From: an uncultured Planctomycetaceae bacterium
GTDB lineage: Bacteria; Planctomycetota; Planctomycetia; Isosphaerales; Isosphaeraceae
Direction: 5' to 3'
Assembly: GCA_963833985.1 (NCBI GenBank)
Contig: CAWIAD010000002.1
Span: forward strand, 4,192,001-4,256,000
Length of the DNA: 64,000 nucleotides
Shown: positions 21,067 to 30,251 of the stretch, one piece after another
How the letters are laid out: the number at the start of each line of letters is the position of its first letter
Position numbering within the stretch: position 1 is the stretch's first letter
The notes under the pieces: generated by a model
Database searches by the model: none
Seen by the model: only the letters and a program-made list of their open reading frames with translations
What the model was told of the DNA's origin: nothing
Made by a program: the position numbers and the translations under genes

Positions 21067-21630
21067 CTACATGGACATTCCCGGCGACGCCGTCGCCGGG
21101 CCAAGCAAGCTGGGTGGAATCCGGAACGGGTAGCTTCCCACGGGAGGCCGGCGCATCCCGGCGGCCGGCGATTGCCCGGGGAAGAGTGTGCCGGACATTC
21201 CTCGTCCACGCATGCCACCGGAGCGCAGGGTCCCCAGCGGAGCCAGCGGAGCAAACGCTTCTCGCCGGACGCCAAGGGGCGAACCGGTCCCCAGCATCCC
21301 CATGCCACCGCCCTCCGCTGGCATCGGCCTGAGCGCAGAGCGGGTCGGCTGTTGCACCCCCAGACCGCCCCCCGGGCCGCCCTGATAGGGCACGAAACCG
21401 CCCATCCCGGCGCTGAAGGGAACGTAGGCGGCTCCGCCGCTGAAATAGGAACCCGCACTCCAGGCGCTGGCGCCGTACGGAGCGGGCGCGCTCGAATCGG
21501 GGCCTGTGCTCGCGGGGAACTGGGCCTGCGCGGACCCGGCCCCGATGGTCATCACGATGACCGGGACACCCAGTGCGACGAGCCGCCAGACCGCGCCCTG
21601 CCTCAGGGCGTTCTCTCCGCCCGTTTTCAT
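21067..21630 (-). CDS. Secreted Gly/Pro/Met-rich hypothetical protein
   Basis: ATGA overlap with the tolC-like gene; signal peptide ending AQA-Q; many GM/MG motifs; C-terminal RPPVGSYPFRIPPSL..PGMSM. Confidence 0.65.
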   Translation of the reverse strand: MKTGGENALRQGAVWRLVALGVPVIVMTIGAGSAQAQFPASTGPDSSAPAPYGASAWSAGSYFSGGAAYVPFSAGMGGFVPYQGGPGGGLGVQQPTRSALRPMPAEGGGMGMLGTGSPLGVRREAFAPLAPLGTLRSGGMRGRGMSGTLFPGQSPAAGMRRPPVGSYPFRIPPSLLGPATASPGMSM

Positions 21631-23199
21631 GGTTTGCTCCGGAAAGGACTGTCGGCCGAGGGGACGGGCGCGGCTGGCGCCGGGCTCGCTCCGGATGAAG
21701 CGCCGGGTGCTCGAGGTGCTCCGTCCGGTGGATTCTCGTTGAGCTGAGCCCCGACGGCACGCTCCAGCGTGGCAAGAGCCTTGCCCAGTTCAGCCTCAAC
21801 CTGGGCAATCTGCAATTCCACCTGGAGCAGGTCGCGCCAGGCGGAGAGCACGGTCAGCAAGTCTACCCCTGCCACGTTCGTGCGATACTCGCTGGAAGTC
21901 AAGCGAAGCACCTGCCGGGCCGCGGGAAGGTTGCTCTTGCGGAGCAGGTTCACGACGTTCTGCTGAACCCTGGCCTGAACGAAAAGAGCCTTCACATCAC
22001 GATGCGACTGGTCGCGCTCGGCCTCGTAGAGCGCCCGGTCCGCAGCGGCGCGGGCCTGCGCCTCGCACACGCCCGAGGCGATCTTCGTGCGGTAGACGGG
22101 CAGGTTCATCCCCACGAAGAGGCCGACGTTGGGCATGCCGCCGGCCGTCCTGGGTGTGAGCGCGTTGGTCTTCTCCATATCCTGGTAAACCGCGCCCACC
22201 GTGATATTGGGATAATACCGCTTGCGTGCCAGCTCGATGGCGGTCTGGTCGCGGTTGATGGCGGCCAGGCGGCCCTGGAGGTCGGGCCGGCTGGCGATGG
22301 CTAGCTGGTAGAGCCGTTCGAGCTGCGTCGGGACCGGATCGACCAGCAATGCGGCCACGGTTTTGATCTCGGTCTCCGGATCCAGATGCAGCAGCCGGTC
22401 AAGCTCGGCGCGCGCTTCAGCCAGTGGAACCGAATTGTTCTCGATCTCCCGGTCAATATCGCTGAGGGCCACCTCGGCCCTGAGCACGTCCGGCTGGGCC
22501 GCCGTCGAGGTCGGGTAACGCACCCGTGCAATTTCCAGGAAATCCTCGGCAAGCTTGCGGTTCTGCCGCAGCAGCCCGTCGGCTTGCTCGGCGAAATGAA
22601 GGTCGAGATAGGCACGCTTCACGGCCGAGACGGCGTCCAGCTCCGTTGCGGCCAGCTCATAGAGCGCGATGCGCACGTCGTCCGCCGCGGCCTGCCCACG
22701 CAACCGGAGCGTCCCGCACCAGGGAAACTGCTGGGCCAGAAGCAGCACCATAGGGCATGTAGCCCATGAGCGAATACTGGGGCGCCACCGAGGGGATCGG
22801 AAAGATGGTGTTCGACAGAATCGGGTCGTCGAGTGCCGTGACCTGCGGGATGCGCTGCCTGAGTGCCTCGACATTCCATCGGGCCGCGCGCACCGACGCG
22901 TTTGCCCGCAGCGCACGCTCGATGCAGGCCTCGAGCGACAGTGCGTTCGGTGGCGGATCCGAGTTCCGTCCCGGGGTGCCTCGCGCTGTTGTGTCGGCTA
23001 ACATATCGTGGCCGCCAGCGCCAACCTCCACGCGGGCTGAGGCGGTCGCGGTCGCGTGCACGGAACCATCACTTCGTCGCTGTGCGCGTGAAACCTCGCC
23101 GCGCTCCGGCCAACGCAGGAGCGCCGGATGCGTGCAGCCACCCAGGGCGATGCCGAGCGTCGCCGCGGCGATCACGGACCTGGGCCAGCCTCGATCCAT
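21627..23199 (-). CDS. TolC-family outer-membrane factor (CusC-like lipoprotein; frameshift near 22745)
   Basis: Lipobox LGGC; AL.ANASVRAAR, IPQVTALDDP, QQFPWCGTLRLRG, SRPDL, YYPNITVG, NLPVY, LERAVG. Confidence 0.85.
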
Positions 23200-23403
23200 T
23201 CAGGACTCACCTGGTTGAAGCCGCCAGCTCCACGCGGGCTCATGCCGAGCATGATCCGCACGGCAAGCACTTCATGCCCGTTCGTCATTATCGGCGGATG
23301 CTGCAACGAACTTTGGATCGGCCTCATCTCCGGTTCGTGCCGTGCGGTTCGTGCCGTGCCGGGCATTGCGGGATTTCTTTGTGAGGCCACTCGACCTCGC
23401 CTC

Positions 23404-23409
23404 TATAAT
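23404..23409 (+). promoter_or_regulatory. Putative sigma70 -10 box for the Cys-rich ORF-cusBA operon
   Basis: Perfect TATAAT in GC-rich DNA, about 45 bp before the ATG at 23452. Confidence 0.4.
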
Positions 23410-23451
23410 GAAGTAGGCTCCCGTGAGGTCTTCGCTGGTCGAGGCAGGTGT

Positions 23452-23916
23452 ATGCTGACGGACGTTCGCCGCTGGAGGTGCTCGTGGCTCGCACTCATTG
23501 CGATCGCCACAGTCTTTTCGAGTGCGCCCGTCGTGTCGGCATGCAGCACGCAGAAGCCTTCCACGGCGCATTGCTGCTGCGGAGCCCAAGCCAGTGCCGG
23601 TCTGGCTTGCTGCGCCCAACCGGAACCTGAACGGGCTGATACGCCCCTCCCTGGCGGCCCGGCTTCCAGTCCCCGCTTGATTGCGACTCGCGTCCCGTGC
23701 AGCACGTGCTTTTGCGACCAGTCGTCCGCTCCGGCTCGCCAGCGTGAACGGCGCCCGGCGCGGGACGGCTGGGAAAAGCCCTCGACCCATTTCTCAGCTC
23801 CTCACGCGCTCTCTCTGCCCGGCCATGTCGGGCCGGCCCTCTGCCTGACCTCGCCGATCAGTCCCTGCGCCACACGTGCGCCTCTCTATCTGCGCCTCGA
23901 ACACCTGATCATCTGA
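23452..23916 (+). CDS. Exported Cys-rich small protein, putative metal-sensing leader ORF
   Basis: Signal peptide, HCCC, ACC, CSTCFC motifs, C-terminus CATRAPLYLRLEHLII; directly upstream of cusB. Confidence 0.6.
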   Translation: MLTDVRRWRCSWLALIAIATVFSSAPVVSACSTQKPSTAHCCCGAQASAGLACCAQPEPERADTPLPGGPASSPRLIATRVPCSTCFCDQSSAPARQRERRPARDGWEKPSTHFSAPHALSLPGHVGPALCLTSPISPCATRAPLYLRLEHLII

Positions 23917-24081
23917 CGCCCCCTGTCCCGCATCGGCGCCATCCCCGCTGCCGGACTATCCACGTCCGTACCGTGGGGCGCGGTTCGTCCAGGGGTCGTT
24001 TCAATCTTCGTCGGGATCTCGTGATCAGGCTCTTTTTTCGGTGCCATCTCCATGCCGGAGCAGGCCCGGGAGCGAACGAAC

Positions 24082-25824
24082 ATGTCCACCGTGGAAATCC
24101 CCACCCCGAACGGGGCTGGTCAGGCATTCGAGCCGGAGGCGGTCCAGCCCGAGCTGACGCGCTCGCAGAAGGTCCGGCTGGTCGTCAAGGTCGTCGAGCT
24201 GAGGCTCCGGTTCGTGTTGCTCATGGCATTGACCGGCCTGGTCTTCGCGTACTGGGACACGCTCTGGAACCGTTACGAGAAGTGGATGCGCCCGCATGAG
24301 CCGCACGTGGCGTCGGCCCCGGTTCAGGGATTCGAGTATTTCTGCCCCATGCACCCGAGCGTGGTGCAGGAGCAGCCGGGCAACTGCCCGATCTGCGGCA
24401 TGCCGCTCTCAAAGCGCAAGAAGGCGGAGAAAGCCCCGCTTCCCGAGGGAGTCGTCTCCCGCGTGCAGCTTGCGCCTTTCCGTATCGCCCAGGCCGGAAT
24501 ACGCACGGCCGAGGTCTCGGTCGTCCCACTCTCGGCCAGCCTGACGACGGTGGGATTTGTCAGCTTCGACGAGCGCAGGCTGGCCCGCATCTCGTCCACT
24601 CTCAAGGGGATGTCGCGGGTGGAGAAGCTCGCGGTCAATTTCACGGGAACACCCGTGAAGGCCGGAGACGTGCTGGCGGAGGTGTACAGCCCCGAGCTCT
24701 ACCAGGCCGTGCGCGAGCTGCTGCTCGCCCAGCGCAGGGCGCGCGAAACGGCCGCCCTGGACCGCACCACGGGGCGGTCGCCGCTGGGCGCAGGCGACGA
24801 GATGGTTCAGCTTGCCACGGAAAAACTCAGGCTCTGGGGAATCGCCCAGACGCAGATCGATGAGATCCTGCGCTCCGGCAAGGCCGACTACCGCATGCCC
24901 ATCAGCGCACCGCTCACCGGCGTGGTCGTCCGCAAGAACGTGGTCGAGGGGCAGTATGTCGCCGAGGGAGAGCCGCTCTTCGAGATCGCGGACCTGTCGC
25001 ACGTCTGGATCCTGGCCCAGGTCTACGAGGACCAGGTGGGGCTGGTGCACGTTGGGCAGCCGATCGAGGTCACGGTGGAGGCCTATCCCGGCGAGGTGTT
25101 CAAGGGTCAGGTCGCGTTCCAGGATCCCGTGCTCGACCCGCTCACGCGCACCCGGGGTGTTCGCCTCGACCTGGGGAACCCCGAGGGCAAGCTCCAGCCC
25201 GGAATGTTCGCCACCGTGACGCTCAGGGCGCCGCTGGCAGAAACGCCCGAGGCGCGCACCCGACTTGCCGCGGCCAGGAATTCGGGCGGCCAGGATGGAC
25301 GCGATGACAAAGTGACGATCGACGGCCAGCAGCTCTGCCCGGTCACCGAGGCCAAACTGGGCTCGATGGGCCAGCCGATTCCGGTGCAGCTCGCCAGCCG
25401 CAAGGTCTGGGTGTGCTGCAACCGCTGTCCGGAGAAGCTCAAGGCCGAGCCCGTGCGGTACCTGGCGCGGCTGGAGCCCCTGCCCGCCGGCACGATCTTC
25501 TCCGTGCCGGAATCGGCCGTGATCGACACCGGCGATCGCACGCTCGTCTACGTCGAGGCCCAGCCGGGCGTCTTCGAGGGCCGGCAGGTCGTCCTGGGCA
25601 CGCGCGTGGGCGACCGCTACCCGGTGCGCGCCGGGCTTTCTCGGGGTGACAGGGTGGCTGCCGCCGGGGCCTTCCTCATCGACGCCGAAACGCGCCTGAA
25701 CCAGGGCGCGGCAGCCACGGCCGGGCCCGCGCCCGCGACGGCCGATCAACCCGATCCGCCTGCGCCGCGGGCCGATCATCCCACCCACTCCGCCGCGACC
25801 GCAAGCGGAGTTCACCGGCACTGA
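24082..25824 (+). CDS. cusB: CusB-like RND periplasmic adaptor with heavy-metal-binding domain and inserted Cys-cluster domain
   Basis: YFCPMHP..PGNCPICGMPL; VYSPEL..A..E, LRLWGI, ADLSHVW, LQPGMF; inserted CPVT..KLGSMG..VWVCCNRC; FLIDAETRL; start 24082 or 24052. Confidence 0.88.
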   Translation: MSTVEIPTPNGAGQAFEPEAVQPELTRSQKVRLVVKVVELRLRFVLLMALTGLVFAYWDTLWNRYEKWMRPHEPHVASAPVQGFEYFCPMHPSVVQEQPGNCPICGMPLSKRKKAEKAPLPEGVVSRVQLAPFRIAQAGIRTAEVSVVPLSASLTTVGFVSFDERRLARISSTLKGMSRVEKLAVNFTGTPVKAGDVLAEVYSPELYQAVRELLLAQRRARETAALDRTTGRSPLGAGDEMVQLATEKLRLWGIAQTQIDEILRSGKADYRMPISAPLTGVVVRKNVVEGQYVAEGEPLFEIADLSHVWILAQVYEDQVGLVHVGQPIEVTVEAYPGEVFKGQVAFQDPVLDPLTRTRGVRLDLGNPEGKLQPGMFATVTLRAPLAETPEARTRLAAARNSGGQDGRDDKVTIDGQQLCPVTEAKLGSMGQPIPVQLASRKVWVCCNRCPEKLKAEPVRYLARLEPLPAGTIFSVPESAVIDTGDRTLVYVEAQPGVFEGRQVVLGTRVGDRYPVRAGLSRGDRVAAAGAFLIDAETRLNQGAAATAGPAPATADQPDPPAPRADHPTHSAATASGVHRH

Positions 25825-25841
25825 GACGAGCCTGATCCGCC

Positions 25842-28800
25842 ATGATCGCGCAAATCATCGAATGGTCGATCCGCAATCGCTATCTCGTCATCCTCGCGGC
25901 ACTCGTGCTGGGGTTGGCCGGCGCCCGGGCCCTGATGACCATGCCGGTCGACGCCATTCCCGACCTCTCGGAAAACCAGGTGATCGTCTTCACGGACTGG
26001 ATGGGCCGCAGCCCGCAGGAGATCGAGGACCAGGTCACATACCCGCTGTCGGTGAACCTCCAGGGCCTGGCCGGCGTGAACGTCGTGCGGTCGTCGAGCG
26101 AGTTCAACTTCTCGATGATCACCATCATCTTCGACGAGGCCACCGATTATTACTTCGCCCGCGAACGGGTGCTCGAGCGCCTCTCCGTTGCCTCGACGTT
26201 CCTGCCGCCGGGCGTCATCCCGTACCTCGCGCCCGACGCCACCGCGGTCGGCCAGATCTTCTGGTATACCGTCGAGGGCGACGGACGCGACCTGTCCGAG
26301 CTGCGCTCGATCCAGGACTGGTACGTCCGCTACCAGCTCAACTCGGTGCCCGGCGTGGCCGAGGTGGCCTCGGTCGGCGGCGCACCACGGGAGTACCAGA
26401 TCGACCTCGACCCGAACAAGCTGCGCGCCTACGGCATCAGCCTGGGCGAGGTCTACTCCGCCGTCGCGCGATCCAATTCGGCCGTCGGCGGCCGGGTGAT
26501 CCACCAGGGAAACGCCGAATACCTCATCCGCTCGGTCGGCTGGATTGAGAACCTCGACGACATTCGCGATACGGTTGTCGCGCGCAGGCGGAACGGAACC
26601 CCGATCTTCGTGCGGCAACTGGGCAGCGTCCAGATCGGGCCGGCGTTTCGCCGCAGCGCGCTGGAGAAGGATGGCAGGGAAACCGTCGGCGGGGTCGTGC
26701 TCATGCGCCACGGAGGCAACCCGCTCGAGGTGACGCGGAAGGTCAAGGAAAAGCTCAGTGCCCTTCAGGCCGGCCTTCCCGAGGGTGTCCGGATCGTCCC
26801 CTTCTACGACCGCAGCCCGCTCATTCACGGCGCCATCGAAACCGTCAGCGGCACGGTGCGCGAGGAGGCTCATCATCTGCACGCTGGCCATCCTGGTGGT
26901 GATGGGCCACCTCGGTGGAGCGTTCGTCGTCTCGCTCACGCTGCCCCTGGCCATCCTCTTCAGCTTCCTGATGATGCGTGCCGCCGGCGTCTCCTCGAAC
27001 ATCATGAGCCTGGCGGGCATCGCGATCAGCGTCGGCATCCTCATCGACCAGGCCGTCGTGATGGCCGAGAACGCGGCGCACCACCTGTCGCGCCGGTTCG
27101 GCCGCGAGCCGGTGCGCGGCGACACGTCGGAGATCGTCATCGCGGCGTGCCGCACCGTGGGCCGGCCGATCTTCTTCTCGGTGCTCATCACCATCCTCTC
27201 GTTCCTTCCCGTGTTCGCGCTCTCCGGCCGGGAGGGCAAGCTGTTTCACCCGCTCGCCTACACCAAGACATTCGCCCTCATCGGCGTGGCCGTGCTGTCG
27301 ATCACGCTCGTCCCCGCGCTCATTCCGATCTTCCTCAAGGGGCGCATCCGCTCGGAAGAGGAGAACTGGCTGGTACGAACGATGATCGAGATCTTCAAGC
27401 CCATGCTCGCCTGGCTGATGGACCGGCCGATGCTCGTGAGCTGGATGTTCGTGGTGATCGTCGGCCTGGGCTACGTTGCGTCCACCCACCTCGGCAACGA
27501 ATTCATGCCCGCGCTCGACGAAGGGTCGATCCTGGACATGCCCGAGACCGTGCCGCGCGCCTCGCTCACCCAGGCGGCCGACGACCTGAAGGCGCGTGAC
27601 GCGCTGCTGCGCGGGTTTCCGGAGGTCTGGCAGGTGGTCGGAAAGGTCGGACGGGCCGAGACGCCCACCGACCCCTCCGGCCTGGACATGATCGAGACGG
27701 TCATCAACCTCAGGGACCGCGGCCTGTGGCCGAGGCGCAAAATGCGGATCGAGGATGCCGCGGCCCAGGCGGGAATCGCCCTGAAGGCGCTGCAATCTCT
27801 GGGCGTGCTCCAGCCCGTGGCCCAGGGACAGGACCGAGGCCTGATCGATGAGGCCGCGATGGGCATCGTCAGCCAGCTTGACGCGGCTGCGCGAGACCTG
27901 GCAATGCTGCGGCTGGCGCGTTTCAACCCGAGCTCGGCCGGGCCCTGGTTGGCGACACGATCGACGAGCTGCTGCGGCGCGTCAGTCCAGCGGCCCTGCG
28001 CCGGCCGCTCACCCAGGCGGACCGTTCCGCCCTGATCGCCCTTCTGGTTCCGGTCCATGCCGAACATCTGGCGACGCAGCCGCTCCTCGACGACGTCTCG
28101 GTACTGGTGAAGGAGGCGTCGAACACGCTCATCGGCAAGGGCCTCCTGGAACCGCGGCCCGACCTCCTGAGCCCCCCGCCGGGGCCGCTCGAGCAGGCCG
28201 TCGCAAGCGTCCGGCGGCTGCTCGGAGAACCGCCGGCCAGCCTCTTCTCAAGGGTGACGGAGCGGATTGCCCAGGCTCACGAGCGCCGGCTCAAAGAGCG
28301 GGTGCAGAGCCTTAACTGGGAGCTCTTCGACCAGGCGGTGAGCCTCACGAACCGGGTCGCCATCGACGCGCTCATTCAGATTGGCCGCGAGCGCAAGCTC
28401 CTGGTGCGCGAGGCCTCTCTGGAAGAGCTCCAGTCCCTCCGCGCCGCGCTCGATAAACCCCTTTCCGACCGGCTCCTGCTGTGGCAGAAATCGAAAGGCG
28501 ACCTGGTGGCCGAGATGGATTCGGCCATCCAGGTGCCAGGCTGGGGCAATATCTTCACGCAGCCGATCATCAACCGCATCGAGATGCTCTCGACCGGCGT
28601 CCGGTCCCAGATCGGCGTGAAGATCTTCGGCGACGACCTGGGCCAGATCCAGAAAGTCAGCCAGGAGATCGCCGGAGTGCTCCGCACGGTGCCGGGCGCG
28701 GCCGACGTCGTGCCCGACCAGATCACGGGCAAGGGCTACGTCGAGATCAAGATCGACCGCAAGAAAGCCGCCCGCTACGGCATCTCGGTGGGCGACATCC

Positions 28801-29873
28801 AGGACGTGGTCGAGGTGGCCATGGGAGGCAAGCCGCTGACCATCACCGTCGAGAAGCGCGAGCGCTACCCGGTGCGCGTGCGTTACGCCCGCGCCTTCCG
28901 GGACGATGTGGAGGCTCTGAAGCGCATTCTGGTCTCCGCCGGCGCCCCCATGAAGGAAGGCGGAGGCGGAGGGTCTGGCGGCACGGAAATGGGCTCTGGC
29001 AATAACGGCGCAGCGCCCTTGACGGGTTCGAACGTGCCACAGCAGGTACCGCTCGCATCGGTGGCCGAGGTCCAGGTGGTGGAAGGACCGGCGATGATCA
29101 AGAGCGAGAACGGCAGGCTTCGCGCCTACGTTCAGCTCAGCGTGCGCCAGCGCGACGAGATCGGTTTCGTCACGGAGGCGAAGCGCGTCGTCGAACAGTC
29201 GGTACAGCTTCCGCCGGGCATGTACGTCGAATGGTCGGGCCAGTTCGAGCATCAGGTCCGGGCCCGTCAAACCCTGCGGCTTGTCTTCCCGGCCGTCATC
29301 ATCGTTATTGTGTTCATTCTTTACCTGACCTACCACAGCCTGATCGACACGATGCTGGTGATGACCAGCGTGCTGGGCGCCCTGGCCGGCGGTGCCATTT
29401 TCCAGTGGCTCTTCGGGTTCAACTTCAGCGTCGCCGTCTGGGTGGGTTACATCGCCTGCTTTGGCATGGCGGTTGAGACCGCAGTGGTCATGCTCGTCTA
29501 CCTGCGGGAAGCGATCGACGAGCGCGGAGGGCTGGCCGGTGTTCGTTCCGTCGCGGAATTGAGACAGGCCATCCTGGAAGGCGCCGTCCATCGCCTCCGC
29601 CCCAAGCTCTTGACAGAGGGCGCGGCGGTCCTCTCGATCGCACCCATGCTCTGGGCCACGGGAGTCGGCGCGGAAGTGATCCGGCCCATGGCCGCGCCCG
29701 TCCTGGGCGGCCTGCTCATCGCCGACGAGGTGATCGACGTGTTCCTGCCCGTGCTCTACTTCGCCGTCCAGAAATGGCGCTGGGAAAGGGCGCGCCGGTA
29801 CCGTCCCCTCGCGGACGACGGGGTTGCCGATGCACCGCGCGGCGAACGGAGCGAAGTCGCGATCACGACATGA
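25842..29873 (+). CDS. cusA: CusA/SilA-type heavy-metal efflux RND permease (frameshifts near 26868 and 27925)
   Basis: VDAIPDLSENQVIV, EDQVTYPL, YDRS, NIMSLAGIAI, EGKLFHPLA, RLRPKLLT; Met triad positions EGSILDMP, LDMIET, RIEMLSTG. Confidence 0.9.
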
Positions 29874-29977
29874 ATTGTCGGCGCGGGCCGTCACTCGCTT
29901 ATCAGGTTCCGTAAAAGTAATATACTTGAACCATTGAAAGGGTGGGAATGTTAATGGGACAATAGACTTGTAAGAGA

Positions 29978-30072
29978 CTTGTTCCCACGCAGAGCGTGGG
30001 AACGAGGAAAAAACATATACAATTGGTAATAGATGTGCGAGAAACTTGCTCCCACGCGGAGCGTGGGAGCGA
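29978..30072. repeat. Two REP-like palindromes of the GTTCCCACGC-NNN-GCGTGGGAAC type in an AT-rich intergenic region
   Basis: 29978-30006 CTTGTTCCCACGC-AGA-GCGTGGGAACGAG and 30046-30072 TTGCTCCCACGC-GGA-GCGTGGGAGCGA. Confidence 0.85.
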
Positions 30073-30251
30073 CGAACCAGCATATGCCCACACTCAACTT
30101 ATCCCGGCGGACTTCAGAATTGCAGCGCTGGCAAGCGGGTTCTGGACCAAGATCAATCGGGCGGGGTACCCTGGGAACGGTCCAGGTTCAGAGCTGAGAT
30201 CGTCTGAACAACGCACGTGGTGAAGCGGGCGACCCTACGCGGAGCAAGGTC

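Noticed and set aside
26860..27930. Programmed frameshifting or true pseudogenisation of cusA and other split genes
   Set aside because: There are no slippery heptamers at the shift sites, and similar indels occur window-wide, including in housekeeping genes
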